Shown: piece after piece, positions 1 through 12,180 of the stretch
Layout: each line of letters opens with the position of its first letter
Numbering within the stretch: the stretch's first letter is position 1
Source: Sinorhizobium meliloti
Lineage (GTDB): Bacteria > Pseudomonadota > Alphaproteobacteria > Rhizobiales > Rhizobiaceae
Direction of reading: 5' to 3'
NCBI RefSeq assembly: GCF_017876815.1
Contig: NZ_JAGIOS010000001.1
Location: 3,873,232-3,905,231 of the forward strand
Length of the DNA stretch: 32,000 nucleotides
Notes under the pieces: generated by a model
What the model was told of the DNA's origin: nothing
Database searches by the model: none
What the model saw: the letters and a program-made list of their open reading frames with translations, nothing else
Made by a program: the position numbers and the translations under genes

Positions 1-333
1 GACAAGAAGACCTATTACATCGATCCGTCGAACGGTACGGAGGCGATCCGCGATGCGGCACTCGATGTGGAGGAAGGCGCGGACATGCTGATGGTGAAGC
101 CCGGCCTGCCCTATCTCGATATCTGCTGGCGGATGAAGGAAGCCTTCGGCCTGCCGGTCTTCGCGTATCAGGTTTCCGGCGAATACGCGCAGATCAAGGC
201 AGCCGCCGCCAATGGCTGGATCGATGGCGAGCGGGTGATGCTGGAGACGCTGCTCGCCTTCAAGCGGGCGGGTTGCGACGGGATCCTCAGCTACTTTGCC
301 GTCGACGTGGCTCGAATTCTCGCGAAACGCTGA
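1..333 (+). CDS. hemB: Porphobilinogen synthase (delta-aminolevulinic acid dehydratase), C-terminal part; 5' end lies outside the window
   Basis: Frame 1 is open from base 1 ([41 protein letters not shown]...QVSGEYA...). The MVKPG...YQVSGEY pattern is characteristic of the ALAD/HemB C-terminus. Stop codon at 331-333. Confidence 0.9.
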   Translation, partial: DKKTYYIDPSNGTEAIRDAALDVEEGADMLMVKPGLPYLDICWRMKEAFGLPVFAYQVSGEYAQIKAAAANGWIDGERVMLETLLAFKRAGCDGILSYFAVDVARILAKR

Positions 334-415
334 CGCCGGTGGCAGAACGGCCAGTGCATAGTTTTACCGCATTCGCTCCCCATATCTTGGGTGGATAGCA
401 ATTTGAGGCACGCGC

Positions 416-880
416 ATGAGCATGCATAATGAAGAACTGAGGCTTCCGAGCGAGGACTGGCGCGCCTATCAGGGCGTACTGTCACGCAGGATATTCGCCT
501 TCATCATCGATTACCTGATCGTCGCGCTGCTGTGGATACCGGCGGCCGTCGTGGTCTTCTTCCTCGGCATCCTGACGCTCGGCCTCGGCTTTCTCCTCTA
601 CCCGGTCCTCTTCGCTTTGGTGGCGATGCTCTATTTCGGACTGACGGTCGGCGGCCGCGAGCAGGCGTCACCCGGCATGAGGATCATGGGCGTTGCGATC
701 GCCCGGACGGATGGTCGGCCAATGGATTTCCTGACGGCAATCGTCCATCTGGCGATATTCTGGATCGCCAATGCGCTGTTGACGCCGCTCATCCTGCTGA
801 TCGGCCTCTTCACCGACCGCGGCCGTCTGCTGCACGACCTGCTGATCGGCACCGTGGCCGTTCGGCGCGACATGTACTGA
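416..880 (+). CDS. RDD-family integral membrane protein
   Basis: 154-aa ORF with an N-terminal RRIFAFIIDYLIV motif, about three hydrophobic helices and a C-terminal LLHDLLIGTVAV motif, which is the typical RDD-domain layout. An alternative ATG lies at 422. Confidence 0.75.
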   Translation: MSMHNEELRLPSEDWRAYQGVLSRRIFAFIIDYLIVALLWIPAAVVVFFLGILTLGLGFLLYPVLFALVAMLYFGLTVGGREQASPGMRIMGVAIARTDGRPMDFLTAIVHLAIFWIANALLTPLILLIGLFTDRGRLLHDLLIGTVAVRRDMY

Positions 881-975
881 CGGGACCGTTACGCCGAACG
901 AGTGTGTTGACGTTTTCCATTCTTCGGCCATGCTATTACGATGAGCAACCGCACGAAGAGTGATCCCCCCGCTCG

Positions 976-1755
976 ATGAACACGCAGACCGCACCGTCTC
1001 CTCAGTTCTACCTGACCGCACCGGCAGCCTGTCCCTATCTGCCGAACCAGATGGAACGGAAGGTATTCACCCATATGGTGGGAGAGCGGGCGCCGGAGCT
1101 CAACGACCTGCTGACGCAGGGCGGCTTCCGCCGCTCGCAGAACATCGCCTACCGCCCCGCCTGCGAGACCTGCCGGGCTTGCATTTCCGTGCGCATACTC
1201 ACCAACGAATTCGCACCCACGCGATCCATGCGCCGCGTGCTTGCGGCCAATGGCGAGATCGTCTCCGCGGAATATCCGGCCGAGCCATCGAGCGAGCAGT
1301 ACAATCTCTTCCGGCGCTATCTCGACTGTCGCCATCAGAAAGGCGGCATGTCCGACATGTCGGTGCTCGACTATGCGATGATGGTCGAGGATACCCATGT
1401 ACACACGAAGATCATCGAGTACCGGTTGCGGGTAGAAGGCGACGGCATCAACGACAAGGCGCGAGGCCCCCTGATCGCCACGGCCCTGACGGACCGGATG
1501 AGCGACGGCCTCTCCATGGTCTATTCCTTCTTCGATCCGGCTCTCTCCGAGCGATCCCTCGGCACCTACATGATTCTGGATCATATCCGCCGGGCAAAGG
1601 AACGCGGTCTGCCGCATGTCTATCTCGGCTATTGGGTCAAGGGATCGCGCAAAATGGGGTATAAGACAAAGTTTTTGCCGCAAGAGCACCTTATGGCCCG
1701 CGGCTGGGAGCGCTATTCTGGCGAGCACGATTCCACCAAACCCGCCACGGATTGA
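976..1755 (+). CDS. bpt: Aspartate/glutamate leucyltransferase (arginyltransferase ATE family, bacterial Bpt; N-end rule)
   Basis: 259-aa ORF. It starts with the Bpt/ATE-family pattern ...CPYLP...RKVFT...[18 protein letters not shown]. Length and C-terminal YLGYWV motif are typical. Confidence 0.85.
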   Translation: MNTQTAPSPQFYLTAPAACPYLPNQMERKVFTHMVGERAPELNDLLTQGGFRRSQNIAYRPACETCRACISVRILTNEFAPTRSMRRVLAANGEIVSAEYPAEPSSEQYNLFRRYLDCRHQKGGMSDMSVLDYAMMVEDTHVHTKIIEYRLRVEGDGINDKARGPLIATALTDRMSDGLSMVYSFFDPALSERSLGTYMILDHIRRAKERGLPHVYLGYWVKGSRKMGYKTKFLPQEHLMARGWERYSGEHDSTKPATD

Positions 1756-1758
1756 AAA

Positions 1759-2664
1759 TTGACCCCATCCACTGACGCCGCCCGGCACCGGCGCGGCCTT
1801 GCCATCACCGGCCTCGGCGGCCTTGCGCTCTCCTTCGACATTCCGCTGATCCGGTCGGCAGATGGCGAGGTCTGGTCGATCCTTGCCGTGCGCAGCCTCT
1901 CGACCTTCCTTGCCGCACTCGCCACATGGGTGGTGATCAACCGCCTGCTCGGCCGCCGCGTCGCCCTGATCCCGGGAAAGGCCGGCCTGATCGCCGGGAT
2001 CTTTTACGGCATCAACTCCTTCACTTTCCTGCTCGCCGTCTTCAATACGTCGACCGCGAACGTGGTCTTCATCCTGGCGTTCACTTCGATGTTCGCAGCG
2101 ATCCTCTCCTGGATATTCCTTGGGGAGCGCCCCTCCAACGCCACCTTCCTGACGATGGCGGTCATGCTCGTCGGCGTCGGTGTGATCGTCAGCGACGGGC
2201 TCGAAAGCGGGCATGTCTTCGGCGACGCGATGGCGGCATCCTCGGCCTTCCTGCTCGCAAGCGCGATCACGATCAGCCGCGCCAGCGGCCGCGACATGTC
2301 GCTCGTGCCGCTGACGACGGCGATCTTCCCGGCGATCGCCGCCTTCATGCTTTTGCCGTCCGGCGGCCTCACGATCGCCGAACCCGCCTACATCCTCTTC
2401 AACGGACTGGTGATGATCCCGCTTGCCTTCTTCTGTCTGGCGACGGGGCCGCGCTACCTTTCCGCTCCGGAAGTCGGCATGTTCTACCTGCTGGAGACCA
2501 TTCTGGCGCCGATCTGGGTATGGATCGTCTTTGCCGAAACGCCGACGAGCCGAACGCTCCTCGGCGGCACGATCCTCATTCTCGCTTTGCTCGGCCATTC
2601 GTTTTGGCAGATGCGGGTGAAGGCGGCGCGGGCGCGCATCGCCTGCGTGGAAGTTGCGGGATAA
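1759..2664 (+). CDS. DMT-superfamily (EamA-like) transporter
   Basis: 301-aa ORF with about 10 hydrophobic segments arranged as two EamA-like halves. Good GC3 coding bias. The start is a TTG 3 nt after the bpt stop, and with no in-frame ATG near the N-terminus the start is uncertain. Confidence 0.75.
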   Translation: MTPSTDAARHRRGLAITGLGGLALSFDIPLIRSADGEVWSILAVRSLSTFLAALATWVVINRLLGRRVALIPGKAGLIAGIFYGINSFTFLLAVFNTSTANVVFILAFTSMFAAILSWIFLGERPSNATFLTMAVMLVGVGVIVSDGLESGHVFGDAMAASSAFLLASAITISRASGRDMSLVPLTTAIFPAIAAFMLLPSGGLTIAEPAYILFNGLVMIPLAFFCLATGPRYLSAPEVGMFYLLETILAPIWVWIVFAETPTSRTLLGGTILILALLGHSFWQMRVKAARARIACVEVAG

Positions 2665-2668
2665 GATT

Positions 2669-2832
2669 GCCCCTCATCCGCCTGCCGGCACCTTCTCCCC
2701 GCAAGCGGGGAGAAGGCACAAGCGGCACTCTCGAACACTTGTTTCACCCCGGTGAAGGGATGCGGAGCACCGCCACGAGTCCCCTTCGCCCCGCTTGCGG
2801 GGAGAAGGTGGCCGGCAGGCCGGATGAGGGGC
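2669..2832. repeat. RIME/REP-like composite palindromic element: two inverted ~48-50 nt modules flanking a ~66 nt spacer
   Basis: Left module 2669-2716 is gcccctcatccgcctgccggcaccttctccccgcaagcggggagaagg. Right module 2783-2832 is its near-perfect reverse complement. Each module holds an internal ccttctccccgc/gcggggagaagg hairpin. The same module recurs at 9225-9490. The element sits between the convergent EamA and ArsR genes. Confidence 0.8.
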
Positions 2833-2885
2833 ACTTTGCACCGCGCGAGGATGCGAGCGACGACTCCACGTCGCTGTTCGGGCCA

Positions 2886-3224
2886 CTATCGCTGTTCGGG
2901 CGTCCCGTCATCCCTGGAGGATTCCTGCATCTGCGACTGCATCGCCCAGAGCTCGCGATTGGTGTCGATCCACTCGGCGGCAATCTCGAGCGGCGCGGGA
3001 TCGGCCTTGACGAGTTCCTTCCCGGCGTTCCACCGCCGGGCAACCAGCCCCGCTGTCTCCAGGACGACCAGATGCCCCGCAAGGACGTCCTGCCCGATGC
3101 CGATGGCCGCAGCGATACCCGCCGCGGGCGTTTCGCCGGCAAACAGGACTTCGAATATGCGGCGGCGCATCGGATCGGCCAGCGCCAGCAACGTATCGTC
3201 AAGAGCCGAGGTCATCGCGTTCAT
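2886..3224 (-). CDS. ArsR/SmtB-family winged-helix transcriptional regulator (no Cys, so probably not metal-sensing)
   Basis: 112-aa ORF. LALADPMRRRIFEVL....ETPAAGIAAAIGIGQDVLAGHLVVLETAGLV is the canonical ArsR HTH core. The protein has no cysteine. Confidence 0.75.
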   Translation of the reverse strand: MNAMTSALDDTLLALADPMRRRIFEVLFAGETPAAGIAAAIGIGQDVLAGHLVVLETAGLVARRWNAGKELVKADPAPLEIAAEWIDTNRELWAMQSQMQESSRDDGTPEQR

Positions 3225-3382
3225 CTCGCCGCCGCATGGTCGCTCGAATCGGAGCCGATCTAAGGAACATGCAGGAGATCAAGGAATTACAGCGACTTTC
3301 AGGATAGCGAGGACACCGGCCCGCGCTATCCACCAACATTGATCCACGAACGCTCCGCGCTTGCAAGCCCGGTGTTACCGAT

Positions 3383-5668
<2,286 letters not shown>

Positions 5669-5842
5669 CTACCTCAACAGGCGCGGAACGGCAAGAATTC
5701 CGGGTTATGCCACTGTGGAGAACGTCACCGGCGGGGGATCCCTGCCCCGCCCCCGCGCGAGTTTGCACTTGGCGGCAGAACTGCGCTTGCGTATCGTCCG
5801 GGCATGATCGACGCAATCAGAACGATTTCACAAGGAACTCCG

Positions 5843-7033
5843 ATGATACATACGCGCAAAGTCCGCCTGATGCTGGCCAGCGCCGCCCTCCTTACCCTCG
5901 CCGGACCGGCCATGGCTCTGGACGGCGCGGACATGATGCAAAAGCTCAATGCAGCGACGTCGCCCAACGGCACTTCGGTGACCTACGACAAGGCGGAGGC
6001 CGACGGCGACGTGGTGACGGTCACCGGCATGAAGCTGCAGGTGGTGGCGAAGCCCGGCACGTCCATCGACATAGGCGAAGTGACGTTCGAAGGCGTCGAG
6101 GAAAAAGGCGGCGGCTACTATGCCGAGACCGTCTCCTTCCCGGATATCGCTGTCAGCGACAAGGATGCAAGCTTCTCGGTCAAGGACATCTCGATCGGCG
6201 GCCTGTCCATTCCGGGCAATGCGAGCGGTACCACGATCGATGACATCCTGCTTTATGAAACGGCCGGCACCGGCCCCATGACCGTAAACGTCAAAGGCAA
6301 GGACGTCTTCACCGCCGAGAGTACGGAAACCAATCTTACGCGGCAGGAAAACGATGCGGGCTTCGACTTCGACGCGACGCTTGCCGGAATCAAGGCGGAT
6401 CTGTCGCAGATCGAGGATGCCAAGGCAAAGGAGGCGGTCGAGAAGCTTGGGCTGACGACGCTCGACGGCGGAGTCACGATGAAGGGCAGCTGGGAATTGC
6501 AAACCGGCAACCTTGCTCTCGACGAATACGCGCTGGACTTCAAGAATGTCGGCCGACTGAATATCGCGATGGACTTATCCGGCTATACGCTGCAATTCAT
6601 GAAGTCGTTGCAGGAGGCAGCCAAAGCGGCTGAGGCAAACCCGAACAGGAAGGAAGCCGACCAGGCGATGGCGCTGGCGATGCTCGGCCTCATGCAGCAG
6701 CTTACCTTCAACAGCGCCTCGATCCGCTTCGACGATGCATCGATCACGAAAAAGGCGCTCGACTACGCCGGCAGCCAGCAGGGCGTCACCGGCGAACAGC
6801 TGGCGCAATCGCTGAAGGGGCTCGTGCCGATCATGATGGCGCAGCTCAATCTCCCGGAACTGCAGAACCAGGTCTCCAGCGCCGTCAACGCCTTTCTCGA
6901 CAATCCGAAGAGCCTGACGATCAGCGCTGAGCCGGAAAAACCCGTGCCGTTCCCGATGATCATGGGTGCTGCGATGGGGGCTCCCAACACCGTCCCGTCC
7001 GTGCTGGGCGTCAAGGTGACGGCGAACGACTGA
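5843..7033 (+). CDS. Secreted/periplasmic protein of unknown function with a Sec signal peptide
   Basis: Only the 3' part of the 4034-7033 ORF is taken as real; upstream of it the frame is the antisense of parC. The ATG at 5843 is preceded by aaggaa at 5832-5837. N-terminus MIHTRKVRLMLASAALLTLAGPAMA/LDG is a classic signal peptide. I recognise no family motif. Confidence 0.7.
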   Translation: MIHTRKVRLMLASAALLTLAGPAMALDGADMMQKLNAATSPNGTSVTYDKAEADGDVVTVTGMKLQVVAKPGTSIDIGEVTFEGVEEKGGGYYAETVSFPDIAVSDKDASFSVKDISIGGLSIPGNASGTTIDDILLYETAGTGPMTVNVKGKDVFTAESTETNLTRQENDAGFDFDATLAGIKADLSQIEDAKAKEAVEKLGLTTLDGGVTMKGSWELQTGNLALDEYALDFKNVGRLNIAMDLSGYTLQFMKSLQEAAKAAEANPNRKEADQAMALAMLGLMQQLTFNSASIRFDDASITKKALDYAGSQQGVTGEQLAQSLKGLVPIMMAQLNLPELQNQVSSAVNAFLDNPKSLTISAEPEKPVPFPMIMGAAMGAPNTVPSVLGVKVTAND

Positions 7034-7062
7034 TTGCGCTTATGGCGCGGCCCCATGCGGAA

Positions 7063-7094
7063 CCCCCGGCGGCCTTGTCGCCGGGGTTTTTTTT
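7063..7094 (+). terminator. Rho-independent terminator downstream of the 5843-7033 gene
   Basis: Stem cccccggcg (7063-7071) pairs with cgccgggg (7079-7086) and is followed by T8 (7087-7094), 30 nt after the stop codon. Confidence 0.75.
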
Positions 7095-7124
7095 CATCCG
7101 CCCGATCGATGATATGATGCGATG

Positions 7125-7153
7125 CTTGATGCTCGCACGCGATCGCCTATCTA
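7125..7153 (+). promoter_or_regulatory. Candidate sigma70-type promoter for the 72-aa ORF, and possibly for groEL
   Basis: CTTGAT (7125-7130), a 16-nt spacer, then CTATCT (7147-7152). The reported rhizobial consensus is CTTGAC-N17-CTATAT. It lies about 60 nt upstream of the ATG at 7210. Pattern match only. Confidence 0.35.
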
Positions 7154-7209
7154 TTTTTGCGTGCCGACAGTTTGCGCATTCCCGACCGACCAAGCGGAAG
7201 GAGGACGCC

Positions 7210-7428
7210 ATGGGACTGAAGCATTCGGATATCACCGCCATCCTCGGCCCTGTCGACGAAACGCTGATGGCTGAACTTCTCGCGACGGGCGCGACCGCGA
7301 GTGAACTTGCCGAAGCAATAGCGTGGGTCAACAACGACGAGGCGCTGATCGGCGAAGGCCGCCATCTTCCGGCCGGCCGCGTTGCGGCGCTGATCGATAT
7401 TCTGACGCCCGAGGACGACGAGGAGTGA
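7210..7428 (+). CDS. Small acidic hypothetical protein (72 aa)
   Basis: The ATG at 7210 is preceded by a strong SD, GGAAGGAGG (7196-7204). Third codon positions are GC-rich like neighbouring genes. The protein, MGLKHSDITAILGPVDETLMAELLATGATASELAEAIAWVNNDEALIGE...PEDDEE, looks helical and acidic. It has no resemblance to GroES. Confidence 0.6.
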   Translation: MGLKHSDITAILGPVDETLMAELLATGATASELAEAIAWVNNDEALIGEGRHLPAGRVAALIDILTPEDDEE

Positions 7429-7560
7429 ATGCAATCGGCAGCGACGGGGGAGCACGGCATGGCCGGCTCCCCGTCAACCCGCGGCGCTGCAGGAGGAGCG
7501 TGCCGGCGACGCGAAAGAAGCACGAATACATTCGGGAATTCCGTGTGGAGGGAGGCATAA

Positions 7561-9189
<1,629 letters not shown>

Positions 9190-9224
9190 GAAGCGCGCTC
9201 GAGCACGCACGACCGATGAAGGCC

Positions 9225-9329
9225 GCCCCTCATCCCGCTGCCGCGACCTTCTCCCCGTACGACGGGGAGAAGGGACAAGTGGCGAGCCCCCCGCGCGTCT
9301 CATTCGCCCCGCTGCGGGCGATGAGGGGC
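9225..9329. repeat. RIME/REP-like palindromic element, variant with a truncated right module
   Basis: gcccctcatcccgctgccgcgaccttctccccgtacgacggggagaagg ... ttcgccccgctgcgggcgatgaggggc. It has the same termini (gcccctcatcc / ggatgaggggc-like) as 2669-2832, but the right arm lacks the ggggagaagg hairpin. Confidence 0.75.
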
Positions 9330-9371
9330 GGAGTTCCGTTCGACATAGCGACGCGCGGTTCGCCGCACACG

Positions 9372-9490
9372 GCTCTTCATCCCGCTGCGCGACCTTCTCT
9401 CCGTTCACGGGAGAAGGGACAAGCGGCGCGCCCCGCGAGTCTCCTTCGCCCCGCTTGCGGGGAGAAGGTGCCGGCAGGCGGATGAGGGGC
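9372..9490. repeat. RIME/REP-like palindromic element, second tandem copy
   Basis: gctcttcatcccgctgcgcgaccttctctccgttcacgggagaagg ... ccttcgccccgcttgcggggagaaggtgccggcaggcggatgaggggc. The right module is nearly identical to 2783-2832. It lies between the convergent groEL and rhodanese genes. Confidence 0.8.
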
Positions 9491-9531
9491 AGCGCCTAAA
9501 TCAAACCACCAGGTGTTTCTGATCGAGCGGC

Positions 9532-9912
9532 TCAAGCCGGTTCTGTTTCGATACCGCCTTCCGCCAGATCCTTGAAGCCGCCGATGTTGTAAACGGCCGA
9601 GTATCCCATATCCTGCAGGGTCTTGCCCGCAAGAGCGGAACGGCCGCCGGAGGCACAATGCAGAAGGATGGTCTTGTCCTTCTGAAAGACTGGATTGTGA
9701 TATTGGCTTTCCGGGTCTGCCCGAAACTCCAGCATGCCCCGCGAGACGTTTACCGCCCCCTTGATCCTGCCGGTTTGCTGGACTTCTGTCGGATCACGGA
9801 CGTCCACGATCAACACATCACCGGAGCGCATCTTCTCGGCGGCCTCGGCGGGAGACAATTTCGGGACTGAGCCGTTTGCTTCCGCCAGCAGATCCTTGAC
9901 GCTCTTGACCAT
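9532..9912 (-). CDS. Single-domain rhodanese-like sulfurtransferase
   Basis: The real start is taken as the ATG at 9912 (MVKSVKDLL...), preceded by GGAGGGAAC. The upstream part of the 186-aa ORF is Arg-rich junk. The active-site loop HCASGGRS (Cys-X5-Arg/Ser type) and the layout ..VLIVDVR...E......I.GA.N are typical of rhodanese. Confidence 0.85.
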   Translation of the reverse strand: MVKSVKDLLAEANGSVPKLSPAEAAEKMRSGDVLIVDVRDPTEVQQTGRIKGAVNVSRGMLEFRADPESQYHNPVFQKDKTILLHCASGGRSALAGKTLQDMGYSAVYNIGGFKDLAEGGIETEPA

Positions 9913-10037
9913 TGTTCCCTCCAACCGATGAGTTGCACGGAAAGGAAACGCCTCGAAACACCCGCTGTCAAGGCGAGCGTCACGTACCGCATTCGGGGAC
10001 ACTCTCCTCCTGCGCTTCGAAAACAAGGAACCGGACC

Positions 10038-10067
10038 AAAGAAAAACCCGGCGAGATCGTCGCCGGG
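10038..10067 (-). terminator. Rho-independent terminator of aspS
   Basis: Read on the minus strand: stem cccggcga / tcgccggg (10047-10054 with 10060-10067), a 5-nt loop, then TTTTTCTTT (complement of 10038-10046). It starts 22 nt after the aspS stop. Confidence 0.7.
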
Positions 10068-10088
10068 TTCGTTCGGTCTCGAAGAAGA

Positions 10089-11876
10089 TCAATCCTTCTT
10101 CTGCGGGATCGGTCGGATCGAGAGCTCCCTGAGTTGCGCAGGCGTCGCCTGAGAAGGCGCGCCCATCAGCAGATCCTGGGCCTGCTGGTTCATGGGGAAC
10201 AGCGAAATCTCGCGCAGGTTCTTGGCGCCGACCAGCAGCATGACGATGCGATCGATGCCGAAGGCCATGCCGCCATGCGGCGGGGCACCGTACTGGAACG
10301 CACGGTAGAGACCGCCGAACCGCTCTTCGACGTCGGCCTGGCTCAGGCCGACATTCTCGAAAGCCTTGACCATCAGTTCCGGCGACTGGTTACGGATCGA
10401 GCCCGAGGCGATCTCGAAGCCGTTGCAGACCATGTCGTACTGAAACGCCTTGATCGACAGGAGATCGTCGCTCGAAAGTGCCGTCAGACCGCCCTGCGGC
10501 ATCGAGAAGGGGTTGTGGGCGAAGTCGACACGCTTTTCCTCCTCGTTCCATTCATAGAACGGGAAGTCCACGATCCAGCAAAGCTCATAGCGGTCCCGGT
10601 CGACGAGGTTCAGTTCCTCGCCGGCCCTGGTGCGGGCCTCGCCGGCGAACTTGTAGAACTTCGCCGGCTCGCCAGCCACGAAGAAGCAGGCGTCGCCATC
10701 TTCGAGGCCGAGCTGCGTGCGGATCGCATCGGTCCGTTCCTCGCCGATATTCTTGGCCAGCGGACCGGCGCCTTCGAGCTTCTCGCCCTCCTTGCGCCAG
10801 AAGATGTAGCCGAGGCCCGGCTGCCCCTGGCTCTGGGCCCAGGCATTCATGCGATCGCAGAATGCGCGGGAGCCGCCGGTCTTGGCGGGAATGGCCCAGA
10901 TCTCCACCTTCGGGTTGGAGGCGATCATGTTGGCGAAGACCTTGAAGCCGGATCCGGCGAAATGCTCCGTGACTTCCTGCATCTCGATGGGGTTGCGCAG
11001 ATCCGGCTTGTCGGAACCGTATTTGCGGATCGCCGTGTCGTAGGGGATACGCGGGAACTTGTCGGTCACCGGCTTGCCGCCGGCGAAATCCGAGAAGATT
11101 GCCCGGATCATCGGCTCCATGGCGTCCCAGACGTCTTCCTGCTCGACGAAGCTCATCTCGAGGTCGAGCTGGTAGAACTCGCCGGGCAGCCGGTCGGCGC
11201 GCGGATCCTCGTCGCGGAAACAGGGCGCGATCTGGAAGTAGCGGTCGAAGCCGGCGACCATCAGAAGCTGCTTGTATTGCTGCGGCGCCTGCGGCAGCGC
11301 ATAGAAGTTGCCCGGGTGGATGCGGCTCGGCACCAGGAAGTCACGCGCACCTTCCGGCGAGGAGGCCGTCAGGATCGGCGTCGTGTATTCGGTAAAGCCG
11401 ATGTCGCCCATCCGCCGGCGCATTGCGGCGATGATCTCGGTGCGCCTGACGATGTTCTTGTGCAGCGTCTCGCGGCGGAGATCCAGGAAGCGGTATTTCA
11501 GGCGCACGTCTTCCGGATAGTCCGGCTCGCCGAAGACCGGCAGCGGCAGCTCCTTGGCGGCCGAGAGAACCTCGATCTCGCGGGCATAGAGTTCGACCTC
11601 GCCGGTGGGCATGTTCTTGTTGACCGTATCGTCGGTGCGCGCCTTGACGGCGCCATCGACGCGAATGACCCATTCGCCGCGCACGGTCTCGGCGGTCTTG
11701 AAGGCCGGCGAATCCGGATCGGCGACGACCTGGGTCATGCCGTAATGGTCGCGCAGGTCGATGAAGAGCACGCCGCCGTGATCGCGGACGCGGTGAACCC
11801 AGCCGGAAAGGCGAACGGTGGAGCCGACATCCGACTTGCGGAGGGCGGCACAGGTGTGGCTGCGGTAACGGTGCAT
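10089..11876 (-). CDS. aspS: Aspartate--tRNA ligase (bacterial type, about 595 aa)
   Basis: The start is taken at [46 protein letters not shown], the canonical AspRS N-terminus (ATG at 11876). Class II motifs are present: [10 protein letters not shown], and [14 protein letters not shown] near the C-terminus. The 63 codons upstream in the ORF track are an Arg/Cys-rich extension. Confidence 0.95.
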   Translation of the reverse strand: MHRYRSHTCAALRKSDVGSTVRLSGWVHRVRDHGGVLFIDLRDHYGMTQVVADPDSPAFKTAETVRGEWVIRVDGAVKARTDDTVNKNMPTGEVELYAREIEVLSAAKELPLPVFGEPDYPEDVRLKYRFLDLRRETLHKNIVRRTEIIAAMRRRMGDIGFTEYTTPILTASSPEGARDFLVPSRIHPGNFYALPQAPQQYKQLLMVAGFDRYFQIAPCFRDEDPRADRLPGEFYQLDLEMSFVEQEDVWDAMEPMIRAIFSDFAGGKPVTDKFPRIPYDTAIRKYGSDKPDLRNPIEMQEVTEHFAGSGFKVFANMIASNPKVEIWAIPAKTGGSRAFCDRMNAWAQSQGQPGLGYIFWRKEGEKLEGAGPLAKNIGEERTDAIRTQLGLEDGDACFFVAGEPAKFYKFAGEARTRAGEELNLVDRDRYELCWIVDFPFYEWNEEEKRVDFAHNPFSMPQGGLTALSSDDLLSIKAFQYDMVCNGFEIASGSIRNQSPELMVKAFENVGLSQADVEERFGGLYRAFQYGAPPHGGMAFGIDRIVMLLVGAKNLREISLFPMNQQAQDLLMGAPSQATPAQLRELSIRPIPQKKD

Positions 11877-12180
11877 CGTATAGTCCCGGAATTGCTTAAA
11901 GGCCGCGCAGCTCGCAGAACGGCGCAGGGCGGCATGGTCAAAGTCGGGCGGAAAAGCGCATGATGCGCCGGTTTTGTCAAGGCCGCGGCGGCGCCGGCGG
12001 CAAGAGCGCTGCCCCGGTCGCACAAGTTGCCCGCTTCGACCACAGCCGCAAGCGGTACGGCGCAAATTTGGACACGAGTGGTCACAAATTGCTACTGTTC
12101 CCGCGCGTCAGCCACGGTTAAACAGGGGCAAGGGTCGCGTATCGCGCGAGTCGCGGCCGCAATCGGATGCCTTCTGTTCC

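Noticed and set aside
907-935. TTGACG ... ATGCTA promoter-like sequence upstream of bpt.
   Set aside because: The -10 match is poor under any spacing from 16 to 21 nt. The evidence is insufficient to list it as a feature.
889-2598. 569-aa minus-strand ORF spanning bpt and the EamA gene. Similar very long ORFs occur at 4034-5842(+), 8158-9408(-), 9912-11963(+), 12118-13506(-), 13703-15070(-), 17617-19530(-), 19052-20797(+), 21397-22710(+), 23724-24779(+), 24980-25885(-) and 28311-29666(+).
   Set aside because: Each lies antisense to, or out of frame with, a gene that has an unmistakable family signature. Their translations are Arg/Asp/Gly/His-rich low-complexity sequence with no motifs, and they lack SD sequences. 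These are the stop-codon-poor shadow frames expected in high-GC DNA.
3326-3348. Two DnaA-box-like 9-mers (CTATCCACC, TGATCCACG), which could suggest an origin or a DnaA-regulated site.
   Set aside because: Each matches only about 7 of 9 positions of TTATCCACA. There is no AT-rich unwinding region and no cluster of boxes, and the context (parC 3' end / ArsR promoter) is not origin-like. I kept these only as possible ArsR operators.
5769-5784. Sigma54-like sequence TTGGCGGCAGAACTGC (GG-N10-GC spacing) upstream of the 5843 gene.
   Set aside because: Only the GG/GC dinucleotides and spacing match, and the -12 region is CTGC rather than TTGCA. No enhancer-binding protein gene is nearby. Matches like this are frequent by chance in GC-rich DNA.
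7101-7132. Cluster of GATG/GATGC motifs (cgatcGATGatatGATGcGATGcttGATGc) upstream of the 72-aa ORF.
   Set aside because: These are short, low-information repeats that overlap the putative -35 element. I know of no regulator motif they match, so they could be chance. They are mentioned only for completeness.
7521-7545. GAAT/ATTC-rich imperfect inverted repeat (cacgaatacattcgggaattccgtg) just upstream of the groEL SD. I considered it as a CIRCE-like or heat-shock operator, or an RNA thermometer.
   Set aside because: It does not match the CIRCE consensus (TTAGCACTC-N9-GAGTGCTAA). The stems are short and imperfect and do not sequester the SD. Its resemblance to a eukaryotic HSE is coincidental, and the spacing is wrong.
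9216-9485. 89-aa ORF (and 2674-2886, 2484-2834, 9377-9658) giving peptides such as PACGEKVPAGG and PSPRKRGEG.
   Set aside because: These are translations of the palindromic RIME-like repeats. The same peptides appear on both strands and at both loci because the DNA is an inverted repeat. They are not protein-coding.
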